Shown here in pieces: positions 12,675 to 26,259 of a stretch of 64,000 nt of DNA. A program made the position numbers and the translations under genes. Each line of letters begins with the position of its first letter. Within the stretch, counting starts at the first letter, position 1. The stretch is from Octopus sinensis. Its lineage: Eukaryota. Below the pieces are notes generated by a model. It searched no databases and was not told the origin of the DNA. It saw nothing but the letters and a program-made list of their open reading frames with translations. The stretch covers positions 9,548,001 through 9,612,000 of the forward strand of contig NC_043021.1 of assembly GCF_006345805.1 (NCBI RefSeq). The letters run 5' to 3'.

Positions 12675-12963
12675 GTTTGTTTGTGTGTGAGTATATATAT
12701 GAGTGTGTGTATATGTGTGTGTGTGTGTGTATATAGATAGAAAAATAGAAGCATACATACATACAAACATACATACATACATATATATATGTATCTATAA
12801 GAAACAGGTTGTGTAAATATACATATGTACGAATTGAATTGATGGAATTTGCAGTATATTACTGGTATAGAGTTTTGGCTGACTTGGTAGCTGATTATTT
12901 TCGTTGTAGATTTATTTAAACGTTGTCACTTTCTCATATACTGAAAAATGTATTTGTTAGTCT

Positions 12964-13003
<40 letters not shown>

Positions 13004-15313
13004 CAGATACACACACAGACACACATTTGAGAACTTCAGCAAAAGTTCGAATCACAGCCAAGACTTTTTTCTTCCCTAACTTGTTAGTTTAGTCTGGGAG
13101 ACGGAGGGGGGCTTCATAGATCCTGTGGGACCGGTGAAATAGATGCCGTTAACGTGCTACATAAACTGTCGACTGCATAAAATAAACATGTTTAGAGTAA
13201 GAACACCAGAGGACTAATGTCCTGGGTGGAAAAGGACTGGAATTAGTTCGTGGTTGAGGTGGCTGTTGTTGAAGGTGGTGGTGGTGGTGGTGGGGATACA
13301 ATATGTTTGATGAAAGGCGGAGGGATGAGTAAAGGAAAGAGTGCTTGAGTAGAAGGGACAGGAATCCAGCTAAAGATCCGAAGAACAAGAGCAGAGGACA
13401 TACTAATTAAGCTGTAGGAAAGTCAAACAAGAGACAGCGTGTAAGTGGGCCAGAGGTTAGAAGTGTGTTTGTGAATGACCGGACATTCTATGGACGTTGT
13501 CCAACATGTGTGTATGGAAGTAGAAAAACGGAAAGAGAAAAAAAGAAAGAAAAATAAAGCAACGTAGGACTCGTATTTAAACTAAGAAACCAAAATATAA
13601 AGCAGACAACTCAAAACCACTCGACAGATTTTATTCGTGGGAGTACGTGACTGTACGGCCTCTTAGAGAAATCTTACATGGTGGAACGAGACTGTTTTCG
13701 GGGTGCCCCGCGGGTAGATAGATGGGTTTCCCAAAATCGAAGTGAGCTATTGCCTCTTCTTTTCACAGCTCACCACCTTGGGTCTCCGGGATGCTGACCA
13801 GTGTACTGAAAACCCCCATTTATAACCATATCTCTTGGTTAACAGAAAGGTTAATAACCGTTTCGTTGCCAGGGATGAAAAATAAAGTGAGAAATAATAA
13901 ATTGTAATTCAAAAACAAAGCGGCATATTTCGGAGGGAGAGAAAGAGAGGGAGAGAGACTGAAGTTTTCTATCCACTCCGAAAAGACGAAAATCGACGTC
14001 GGCAGGATTTGAACTGTGTACGCAAAGGGACGTAACTAACAAAATACCACAAGACATGCAATCCATCGTTCGTCTTATTCTACCATTCCACGAACATTCC
14101 TCGCAGGCATTCATAGCTAAGTTTTACTTTTACTTTGAAGTGTCTCACCCACCTCCATACCTCACTCTCTCTCTATCGATTTCTATAGCTCTCTTCCTCT
14201 CATATTGTGTCACAACCAAAGCGATCATCTCTTCACGAGGATGATGATAACTTAAATTAACAACGACGGCGATGACGATGATAGTGGTGGAGGTGGTGGA
14301 GATGGTAGAAAAATTTCTCACACAGGTGAGAGGACAGAAAATTCGGTGGGAGATGGCATGGGGGGAAGTAGGTCGGTTATATCGATTCCCTAAGTACATC
14401 GCTTAGTTAGTACTTTATTTTACCGACACAGGAATAACGAAAAACAAACAAACAAACAAACAAACAAAAAAAAAGCAAAAACAAAAATGTAAAGTTGACC
14501 TCGGTGAGGTTTCAACTCGGAATGTATAATGTAAAGAGCCCGAACAAATACCGCAAGGTATTTTTGTTCGACGCGCCAACGATTCGGCCTTATCAATCCA
14601 ATAACAGAAACGATGATGACGACGATGATAGCAATGATAATACTAGTGATGACGATGATAGTGTAGGCAATAACAATAACGATAAGATCGTCGACTGACG
14701 ATATTGATGATGATGATATAATAATAAAGAACATGGTGACGATAATGATGACAATAATAATGACAATAATAATGAATACGATGACGATGGTGATGATGAT
14801 GATGATGTCAATGTTTCTTCAAAATGACACAGAAAACCACAGGGTGGGGACGAAGGTGAATGAATGAGTGGGTGGGTAGCTGTTATTTTTATGTATGTGT
14901 TTTTTATTATTATTATTATTTATCGGGGTAGATTTGACGGTAGATGAAGTTAAGCAACGTTCATACCCCATTGTTCTTACACACACACACACACATAAAC
15001 TTCATCTTTTGAAGAACGAACACCTCCCCTCCTCCTTTCTCTCTCTCTCTCTCTCACCCCACCCACCCCACACTCGCCGAAGTTAATCGTAAGAAACCTC
15101 CCTCCACCCACCCGATTATACCACTTCCCTGGGGGGTGGAGAAATCATCGGGTTCTGGAAACTGCATTTCGAAAAAAACCTAATTGTGTCTTTGTGGATT
15201 AACAGTTTCGTGTTTGTTGCTTTTGTTTTTATAAACTTTTCCCCGTGTATGTTTAAGTGTACGTATGTGTGCAAATACACACACACATATATAAAATAAG
15301 TAAAATACATACA

Positions 15314-15364
<51 letters not shown>

Positions 15365-15365
15365 G

Positions 15366-15428
<63 letters not shown>

Positions 15429-15773
15429 ATGATATAATATACACACACACACATATACATACATATATTACATGCACACGTATTAAAATGTCGGTGGGTG
15501 TATATGTATATATATATATATATATATAACATATGTATAATATATACACGCACAGATACATAATAAACATGCATATACACTTACATATATATATATATAT
15601 ACATGTATGTGTGTGAGTTTATACATATATTTGTATGTATTGTTATAAACAATATTTAGTTTCTGCGGCATATATACTACTTACGTATATAGTAAATATG
15701 CATATAATACACATACATGTAACTATACATACATACATGTGAGTATATGTGTATGTGTCTGTATGTATTATGA

Positions 15774-15808
<35 letters not shown>

Positions 15809-15924
15809 CACACAGCCATCACACACGATTAGTAGTATTGACGGTACTATACTACTACTATTACTACTACTATTACTACTACTACTATTACTACCACTAC
15901 CAGGGGTTCGTAGTGGTTATAGCT

Positions 15925-15997
<73 letters not shown>

Positions 15998-16561
15998 AAG
16001 AAATAGTTCAAAGCCCGAGTGACAGAAGTTTGAGTGAAGTATTCGGAATGGTATGTGCGTATATATAATATACATGTGTATATGCATGTAAGCATTTGCA
16101 AGTGTGCATATGTCTATAGAAAAAGCAAATTACAAAACAAAAACAAATACGATACGCGTACAGGTTTTATAATTTCTGTATTTTTTTACTTGTGTCTGTC
16201 AGTGAGTGTGTGTGTGTGTTTAAGCATATATGCATGTATTTTGTAAATATGCGAATTCATACAAAAACATATAAACATACATGCTATGTTTGTGTGTGTA
16301 TGAACACACACATATATATATATCTGTACATATTTTTAAATGAGTCCCCGTACATATGCATATTATAGTTGTATGTATGTATGTATGTATGTATGTATGT
16401 ATGTATGTATGATGTATGTATGTAATTACACACGCATATATGTTCTTAGTTCTTTGGCTTGTTTCAAGCCAGCATAGCGTAGGCCAAGCTGGAGCAGTTC
16501 ATTTATATTACACACACGTGCGCGCGCGTATATAAATATATACATGGAGATAGATGGATAG

Positions 16562-16604
<43 letters not shown>

Positions 16605-16879
16605 TGCATATATTTGTTTATATATATATGTATACATATATGTATAAATGTATATGTACGTGTGCGTATATAATTCTTTTAATATATAAATATGTATGCG
16701 TGTGTGCATGTTTATGTTTAAACCAATACGCGTCATGTACATATATATATATACATACATACATACATACATATATATATATATATTATATATATATATA
16801 TATCTATATATATATACGCTATATATACAGAGATTTAGTATTGCTATATATATATGTGCGTGTGTAATTCGTATGTATG

Positions 16880-16930
<51 letters not shown>

Positions 16931-17399
16931 ACATGTGTGAATGTGTCTGAGTGTGTATGTGTTATTTTCTTTTGTACTTTTCTCATTGTTTTTATAAATT
17001 TGTTCTCCGTGTTATTTGTTATTGTTGTGGTCATTTTTCCCATTTCTGTATATCCACAATCACAATCCACATCCACACACAACAACGTATTCATCAACGT
17101 ACGGGGTTCGTATAATACATGTAACCTCTGTATACATATGTACGTATGCATGTGTACATGTATGCATGTGTGTATGCGTATGCGCATGTATATACATGCG
17201 TGTATGCGTATATGCATGCATGTGTATGTAGCGTATGCGTGTTCGCGCGTACGTACGTAACGGGGGGACCGTTATTATATGTCTTGTGGTCCTTGTTTGT
17301 CGATGTTTGCTGTGTTAATTGTTTGTTGTTTAGGACTTACCTAAGAGGGCACATCCCGAATATAGTTCAGTAATAGACGGAATAACACACCGAGCGAAC

Positions 17400-17499
17400 N
17401 NNNNNNNNNNNNNNNNNNNNNNNNNNNNNNNNNNNNNNNNNNNNNNNNNNNNNNNNNNNNNNNNNNNNNNNNNNNNNNNNNNNNNNNNNNNNNNNNNNN
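17400..17499. other. Assembly gap (100 N, probably unknown true size)
   Basis: Run of N. Confidence 0.99.
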
Positions 17500-18377
17500 A
17501 TGATGTACAGGTATTTTATATTAGAAGTCATGAGGTACTCAGAAAATTCGGATGGTTTTATATATCATTTATATATTATTTATATTATTATATATATATA
17601 ATAATAATATAAATAATATATAAATATATGCATATATACATACATATATGTGCATATCTACATCTATATGTATATATGCATGCCTATATGGGTACATATA
17701 TGTGTGTGTATGTGTGCGTATAAATAGGGAGGGGGACCAAAATTAGTAAACGGGGCAAAATGAGTAATTTCCGATTTCTCGTTATTTTCTCCCTACCTGT
17801 TTGAAATTATTACATCACAAGCGTTGCATCACCATTTTGCATTGCTACACTATATTTAGGAGTAAAAATTGGTCAACATAGTTGTTGTTGCTGTTGTCGT
17901 TGTTGTTACTGCTGAAGTTGAGAGAGTCCGAAGCAGTCAGGTGATAGGCCTTTTATTCTTGTTTTTCTTTTTCATTTTCAAGAAATTTTTCCACCTGAAA
18001 TTTGATCCGATTGTTATTGAGGTTGCTAATAAAATATCTAGATAATTTTTTTTTTGGTGGTCAACTATCAATATTCTCTTCTCTATTGGATTCCAAGTCA
18101 ATTTTTTTCCCCACACACTGATGCCTAATTTGATAATTTTTCAAATTTCAAAAGCGATATCTAAAATGGGGCAAAATGAGTAATAACTAATTCCAACAAT
18201 TTCTCCTCTTTACTTGCACGGTGCATGAATATATCGCTTGGAGGGCCATTCAAGCAGACCGTGAAGAAGCTATATAGAACATTTTATGCTGATTTTTTTC
18301 TTTTTAGTTGAGTTTCAATAATTTCACATCATGTGCCATTTTTCCACGATCCTCTTTCATTTGACCTAGATATGTTT

Positions 18378-18783
18378 TATTCTTTACTTGTTTCAGTCAT
18401 TTGACTGCGGCCATGCTGAAGCACCGCCTTTAATCGAGCAACCCGACCCCGGAACTTATTCTTTTGTAAGCCCAGTACTTATTCTATCGGTCTCTTTTGC
18501 CGAACCGCTAAGTGACGGGGACATAAACACATCAGCATCGGTTGTCAAGCAATGCTATGAGGACAAACACAGACACACAAACACACACACGCATACACAT
18601 ATATATATATACACATATACGACGGGCTTCTTTCAGTTTCCGTCTACCAAATCCACTCACAAGGCTTTGGTCGGCCCGAGGCTATAGTAGAAGACACTTG
18701 CCCAAGGTGCCACGCAGTGGGACTGAACCCGGAACCATGTGGTGGGTAGACAGGTTACTTACCACACAGCCACTCCTGCGCCT
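18378..18783 (-). mobile_element. Family A SINE, full length; others near 29570-30030, 35960-36365, 36485-36832, 43485-43955, 44648-45043, 50248-50633 (-) and 58028-58382, 59203-59580 (+)
   Basis: Same head, CORE block, microsatellite and tail as the other copies. Confidence 0.9.
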
Positions 18784-19071
18784 ATCTAGATTTTATAGAT
18801 TTATTTATGCATTTATCTATTTCCATTTCTGATCTTTCGTCAGTTTTCAAATATAATTCGGGAGAATTGAAGCGGCAAATTTACCTTATCTTGCCTTTCT
18901 CAGCATGCCAGTGTACATGGGTATATAATCTTATGTACCCGTATAATCTATATGTATTTGTATAGTGATGTGTTCGTCTACACGTATCAGTAAGTGTAGG
19001 AATATATGCGGTTTCACGATTCAGTTTAAGTTCCAGTCCAACTTAGGGAATGTTCCAGGTACGGTGTTTAC

Positions 19072-19418
<347 letters not shown>

Positions 19419-19973
19419 ATAATATAACACAAATGGACTGAGGTTCTCTACAGCTGTTTCAGAATTGTAAGATCCGAGGATCTAGGTATATGAAGTCAGT
19501 AAGCTTAGAGCAGTCCGTGGTGAGCTGGCAGAAACGTTAGCACGCCGGGCGAAATGCTATGCGGTATTTCGTCTGCCGTTACGTTGTGAGTTCAAATTCC
19601 GCCGAGGTCGACTTTGCCTTTCATCCTTTCGGAGTCGATAAATTAAAGTATCAGTTACGCACTGGGGTCGATGTAATCGACTTAATACCTATGTCTGTCC
19701 TTGTTTGTCCCCTCTATGTTTAGCCCCTTGTGGGTAGTAAAGAAATAGGTAGGTATAAAAAAAAAAACAACTTTCAGGAAGAATAATAGCTTATTGATGT
19801 AGAAGGTTGTAATTTTTTCCCATTTTCCCCATAATTTTTTCCATATTTTTTCCCCATTTCAGCGGTGGTGCCCCAGCATGGCCGCGGCCTTCGGTCTAAA
19901 ACATTTTTAAGGATTTAAGGATATCGAAGTTCGATAAGCTGAAAAAAGTCTTTTTTTATAGTTTACAGTTAGC

Positions 19974-20612
19974 AACTAGGGTTGCTATGGCCCCCTCCCA
20001 GAGCAACGAGAGATGATTTTGTTATCTTCTTCCATAAAGGAGGGGGGCAATACAGAGCTTCTAAAGGAAGCTAGAGGGCCAGAGGGAGGAGCCCATACCC
20101 TGGACTGAAGCCCCGGATTAGCCTCCGCATGTGACTACGGAGGTCATATCGGAAGTCGATATGTTCAGGGTGATGGACTCCTTCCCGAAGGACCAGTTTA
20201 GTTTCGCCTCCTGGGGTCCTGACCTGACGCTGGAGCATTGCCTACGGGAGGCATACAACCTGGTCGGGGAGGAAGGATAAAGAGGCTTTAGTGCCTAAAT
20301 GTTTGTGATTGTGTGTAAGAAGCTCAGCGCCTCAATTTGTAATGGACTATTAAAGTCCAGTAATTGTAAGAACTAAAGTAAGAGGTTTAATACCTCGTTT
20401 TTTTTGGGGGGGGGAGGTTCTTGTGTTAAAAAAAAAAAGAATAATGTTTTAGAGAAGCAAAATATCGGCGGGCGTTTTTTGTCTTCTCCCATCAATATCA
20501 TCCTTTTCCATCATTCATCTCATCAATGTTTTTGGCCAGCCCGCAAGCTACTCCCTCTGTGTCATGCCTTTATGGCAAAATTTTGGAATTGAAATAAACT
20601 AGGGTTGCTATG
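19974..20612 (+). mobile_element. 5'-truncated retroposon insertion bounded by a 16-bp target-site duplication
   Basis: aactagggttgctatg at 19974-19989 and 20597-20612. A 52-codon stop-free frame ends at TAA 20278-20280, with an AATAAA-like 3' end. Confidence 0.65.
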
Positions 20613-21107
20613 AATGCGAATAAAAATCCAAGCTGAGGAAATGGGGCAGGTAAAATCTAGGCTACATATGTTTCCCATCTAGCGGTTTCACGGACGTAAT
20701 AATTACTCAACGAGGGGTACTCCATTCGCCAGAGATATCTCTGGTGGGTTAACCAGGGATTCCTTAACAACAATGTAACCTTCATTTTAACTAAGGTATT
20801 CTTCGATCTGATGAGCAGCTAGTGGAGTATCCCTCGTTGTGTAATTATACTTCCGAGGATCTACTATATTGGAAACATATGTAGCCTGGATTTTACCTGC
20901 TCCGTTCCCTGAATTTGGATGGGGCTGGCCAGATTGAAGCAGTCTCGAGTATAACCAACCGAAACTGCAAAGATAATCTGGATCTCGACTGACGAAAGAA
21001 AACTCCGAATGACCCGTCCTTGTTTCTTCATGTCCCTTTTTGTATCATCCAACTTTCTGGATGTCTTGTTGTCACCTGTTGCGTTCTTGTCCCATTTTTA
21101 GTATTCT

Positions 21108-21144
<37 letters not shown>

Positions 21145-21205
21145 AATAATATAATATAGGAATAAATCCAAACTTATATTAAACCTCGCCAATTAAATAT
21201 GTAAA

Positions 21206-21270
21206 CCACCTGAAGAATGACTGTAACTCGAAAATTTTAAGATTGAACAGCCATGAAACGATCGTAGTGT
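21206..21270 (+). ncRNA. Minimal type I hammerhead ribozyme motif
   Basis: cac-CTGAAGA-atgactg...cagccat-GAAA-cgatcg-TA-gtg: intact core, palindromic stem III, short 3-bp stem I. Confidence 0.6.
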
Positions 21271-21849
21271 TATATTAATTATCTTTTTTAATAATTTTGA
21301 TATATATTTAAATAATATTAATTAATTATCTTATGTATGGCTTAAGTTTTTCATTGTATGATTTGCCTAATAGTGGTTTTATCTCTAATTAATATTATAT
21401 ATATATGATATATATATATATATAGATATATATATATGATATATATATATAATTAAATAAAGTATCATTATCATTATTATTAATAACAATGATGATAATA
21501 ATAAAGTGGCTAGCAAGTTTATACCTTTGTGGGTAAAATATACAAACAAAATTCAGTAGGATGTTAGAATATCACTCGCCATAAACAGAGCTGTCGCTCT
21601 AAAACCACAAGTTACTTACTATCAAAATACACACGGCGAATGCAACGAATATAACAGAAATAGGCTTACCTTGTCTGAACTACATAAGTAAGGAATACAG
21701 ATATGCCGGGATCAATTGATTTCGCTTTTCGTATGAAAAACATACTTAAAGCTCATCAACCAGACTTACTGCAAATGCATGTAATTTGTGGTTTTAGAGC
21801 GATAGTTCTGTTTAGCAAGTGGTATTCTAATATCCTACAGAATTTTGTT

Positions 21850-21889
<40 letters not shown>

Positions 21890-22104
21890 TCAGAAAATGG
21901 AGAAATACATCTAAATCATTAATCAACTACCAGATAATACCCAATCACATACTTTATTGAACCACTACATAAGAACATTAAGGTTAAACAAAAAATATAT
22001 ACAAAACAGCGTACATGATGAGTAATACAATACAATAGGTACAATCATTATAAGAGGATATAAATAAATAAATATAAATAGATATAAATATAAATATACA
22101 CTAT

Positions 22105-22231
22105 ATCTTACAGCTGTTTCGGGCATGCAGATAAATATGTCTCATTTTACCTAAATTAGCCATGTATAGTATGTCAATATGAAGTTAAAAATGAGACATT
22201 TACAAAGATATCTTAAGGCCTCTTCGGAGAT
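22105..22231 (-). ncRNA. Hammerhead-like motif with very long stem II insertion
   Basis: atct-CCGAAGA-gg...(atgtctcatttt/aaaatgagacat hairpin)...cc-GAAA-cagctg-TA-agat, with a U4C core change. Confidence 0.45.
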
Positions 22232-22275
22232 TCTAAAGTATAAACCAAATTACATATATACTCATATAAGTGTGG

Positions 22276-22319
<44 letters not shown>

Positions 22320-22835
22320 TATATATTATATATATAATATATATATATATTATATAATATATATATATATAGGGAGAATACACAAAAAAATAAAAGAGGA
22401 AGACAGATGGCGTAGACAACAAACAGATGTATTAGTTTAACGCTCGGGAAGTGAAAAGGTGTATACCCGAAGCAAAGTGCTGTTTTCAGCAATTTGCAAA
22501 TGAAACCAAGACCCATTGATAAAATGATAGACAAACAAAAGTATAACGAAAATACAAAATACAAAAACAAGGAAACAAACACAAAAAAACTCCCATGTCT
22601 AGTTAACTATAAATTACAATTCTGTCTTCACGGCCAATTTATTTGAGAGAAAAAGAGAAACAAAATGATGAAATTAACCGTCTGGAGATAATTAATTTGA
22701 TAAAGTTATTAAGTCTGACCATTTCCGTGCTTGTCAACTTTACATGCAAAGGGTCAAAAGTACCCCTTCCATTGTCATGCCGCCATAGCGCTGACCGCTA
22801 AATGCCGCTAAAAACGTTGCCCTGCATGCTAGCGT

Positions 22836-23600
22836 TTCTTATTTTTTTTATTGCCCACAAGGGGCTGAACATAGAGGGGACAAACAAGGACAACAAACGG
22901 ATTAAGTCGATTACATCGAACCCAGTGCGAAACTGGTACTTATTTAATCGACCCCGAAAAGATGAAAGGCAAAGTCGACCTCGGTGTAATTTGAACTCAG
23001 AACGTAACGGCAGACGAAATACCTATTTCTTTACTACCCACAAGGGGCCAAACACAGAGAGGACAAACAAGGACAGACAAACGGATTAAGTCGATTACAT
23101 CGACCCCAGTGCGTAACAGGTACTTATTTAATCGCCCCCGAAAGGATGAAAGGCAAAGTTGACCTCGGCGGAATTTGAACTCAGAATGTAACGGTACAAG
23201 TCCCGAAATTTTGGGGGAGTGGGGAGGAAGTCGATTAGATCGACCTCAGTACGCTACTGGAACATAATTTATTGACCCCGAAGGGATGAAAGGCAAAGTC
23301 GATCTCGGCGGAATTTGAACTCAGAACATAAAGACGGACAGAATACCGATAAATAAGTTGCCCTGCAAGCTAACGTTTCTTATTTCTTTATTGCCCACAA
23401 GGGGCTAAACATAGAGAGGACAAACAAGGACAGACAAAGGGATTAAGTCGATTATATCGACCCCCAGTGCGTAACTGGTTCTTAGTTTATCGACCTCCGA
23501 AAGGATGAAAGGCAAAGTCGACCTCGGCGGAATTTGAACTAAGAACGTAACGGCAGACGAAATACCACCCGGCGTGCTAACGTTTCTGCCAGCTCGCCGC
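22836..23600 (-). repeat. Tandem array of about 4 family B SINE units
   Basis: Repeated body with junction aaataggt|atttcgtc (reverse complement at about 23019-23040). Confidence 0.85.
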
Positions 23601-23810
23601 CTTATATTAATATTTATATTAAACGTTGAGTTCCAAGCCAACGAGCAACGGAAAAACCACTAAAACGTTCAATGACCAGAATTTGTTTACACAGGCCTAG
23701 GTTGTTTTTATATAATCATACTTATACGTTTGCACACATCGGCAGTTTAGCTAATAACAAATGTAATCTTTGTAGTAGATATATAAACACTTCTGTCTGT
23801 CTTCCGATAT

Positions 23811-23899
<89 letters not shown>

Positions 23900-24542
23900 T
23901 ATTTGGCAACAAGTATTTCACTAACCATGCACTACAAGGATACATATAACTGCTGCATATACGCAGTGGTAATTAGAAAATTTCAAAGTAGAGACGATCT
24001 TCAAAATGATAAAGTAGAAATAAAACAGAAATAAATAAAAATGTAATAAAGTAAAATGAAATAAAATAGAATAAGCAGATTGCATCAATAGAGAGACAGC
24101 TGAGATGTTCATCTTCTGGATTTAAAAAAAAAATGGCTGCAATAAGAGAATGTAAAACTGCTGCCTCTTAATAATTTCACTCCTTTTAACTTATTGCCTT
24201 GATGAAGTACGTTAGATTTTCTACTCCTCGCGGCCAGCTCATTGTACTGTTTTTCTCGATTGCTCTACATAATATAGGTCTTGCCGACGCAGAACAACAC
24301 CAACCTCACTGGAGTTTGATCTGTATTGTTTAAAAGGATAAGAGATAAATCTCTATTCAGATAGGAGGCCTGATTCTTGAGATAACACAGAGCTGTAATA
24401 GCTAAGAGTGGTTGGATAAAGGTATAACATTACAGGAAGAATATGCATGCGTGTATGTATGTATGTATGTATGTATGTATGTATGTATGTATGTATGTAT
24501 GTATGCATGTATGTATGCATGTATGCATGTATGTATGTATGT

Positions 24543-25088
24543 CAGGTCACTTTCGAGTATTACTGGTAACATGTAACCCAGTACAACCTGTTGCATGGTC
24601 GGGTCGTCGGCGACTAAACCGGCAACCCCACCAAGCTTGCTTGGTGAGGAGGGTGTTTATTGGACACCCTGCGGGATGAAAAACAAAACCTGTCAAAGGG
24701 CGGAGGAACTCTTGAGAGTCAACGGCCATCCAATAAATGTTTTAAGGGTGTATCATGCGCGGGGACATAGAAATAATCGGACTGAATACCCGATCGCGCG
24801 GTTAAACCACTGGGAGTGAAGGACTCCTAGCCTTTGTTAGGGCATCCTTCTAGGAGAAGGTAACTCAGGTAACTGGGATAACTCCGACATAAAACCTGCG
24901 GCTCAGTGGTTACCGATGATGTTGACTTGTTCTTTTCGGATTATGGCTGCTGTTCCTTAGTGAATGGGATTGACTCAGTGCACAGCCTTTCCTCACTTTA
25001 AAAAAAATCTTTTTGCTCAGGCATTGCACGATAACAACATTGATTAAGCTTCGTGCAATGGCCATACTCGATAACGAGGGGGCAGCCA
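24543..25088 (+). mobile_element. Bipartite non-autonomous retroelement: 5' UTR-like head plus RTE 3' tail
   Basis: Head includes ctaggagaaggtaactc (RTE 5' UTR-like). The tail at 25044-25088 matches 25849-25893. Flanked by (GTAT)n. Confidence 0.6.
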
Positions 25089-25217
25089 CCGTGTATGCAT
25101 GTATGTATGTATGTATGTATGTATGTATGTATGTATGTATGTATGTATGTATGTATGTATGTATGTATATACATATGTATTAATGTATATATGTATGTAT
25201 GTATATATGTAGGTATG

Positions 25218-25571
25218 TCATTATTCAATTTTATTTCAAGATTTCTTGCCAACAAAGGCTAGGAATCCTTCACTCCCAATGGTTTAACCGCATGATCGGG
25301 TATTCAGTCCGATTATTTCTATGTCCCCGCGCATGATACAGCCTTAAGCCTTAAGAAGAAGAAAAAAAAACACACATTTACTGGATGGCCGTTGACTCTC
25401 AAGAGTTCCTCCGCCCTTTGACAGGTTTTGTTTTTCATCCTGCAGGGTGTCCAATAAATACCCTCCTCACCAAGCAAGCTTGGTGGGGTTACCGGTTTAG
25501 TCGCTGACGACCCGACCATGCAACAGGTTGTTCTGGGTTACATGTTACCAGTAGTACTCGAAAGTGACCTG
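25218..25571 (-). mobile_element. Same head as 24543-24838, inverted, ending in an R4/Dong-like 3' tail
   Basis: 25251-25571 is the reverse complement of 24543-24838. 25218-25252 matches 62314-62346 with 1 mismatch. Confidence 0.65.
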
Positions 25572-25574
25572 CCA

Positions 25575-25893
25575 TACAAAAAAATACAGTAGTCATAAAA
25601 CGAGACAGATGAGTGACAACTTGGCCACTGGTGGTGGTGTAACACACCATACTAATCATATCTGTCGGGCATGTGGAAGAGAGTGTAATTCGGCAGGAGG
25701 ACTTAAACGACATGCAAAGGTACATGAAGCCCAGTTACAACTACAGCCGGCTATTTCCAGTAAAGGTCTTAGTTGCCAATTTTGTACAAGACATTGTAGA
25801 TCTTTAGCTGGGCTAAAAAGTCAGATTCGATCACAGCACCAGTAACAGTTAAGCTTCGTGCAATGGCCATACTCGATAACGAGGAGGCAGCCA
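25575..25893 (+). mobile_element. RTE LINE 3' end with double C2H2-like zinc fingers
   Basis: [22 protein letters not shown]...SCQFCTRHCRSLAGLKSQIRSQH*, then tail ttaagcttcgtgcaatggccatactcgataacgaggaggcagcca and (ATGT)n. Confidence 0.75.
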
Positions 25894-26259
25894 TAATGCA
25901 TATATGTATGTATATATGTATGTATGTATATATATGTATGCATATATGTATGTATGTATATGTGTATGCATGTATGCTTGTATGTATTTATGCATGCATG
26001 CATGTATGTATTATGTATGTATGTATGTCCTGCGAGGTGTCTAACGAAAAGCCATCCTCCTTGTCAAACAGTAGGGTTGTCGATTTGCCAATGACGGCAC
26101 GACCTGTCAAAGCTGCAGATGAATTAAGGAGAGTCAAACGACCATCCAACAGCTGGGAGCAAGGAAAGTCTAGTCTTTGTTTAAGAGAAGCAAAACTCTG
26201 ATGCAGCACTTGCAACTTCGTTTGCATCAAATGATGTAGGCTGGCTCTTCCTTAGGGAA

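Noticed and set aside
15122-15167. Minus-strand coding start [15 protein letters not shown]
   Set aside because: No compatible downstream exon found; weak support.
24233-24321. Minus-strand exon candidate (SNSSEVGVVLRRQDLYYVEQSRKTVQ*)
   Set aside because: Reasonable acceptor but no partner exon or recognisable homology.
24543-24700. HDV-like ribozyme in the retroelement head
   Set aside because: I could only fold simple hairpins, not the nested double pseudoknot; a covariance search would be needed.
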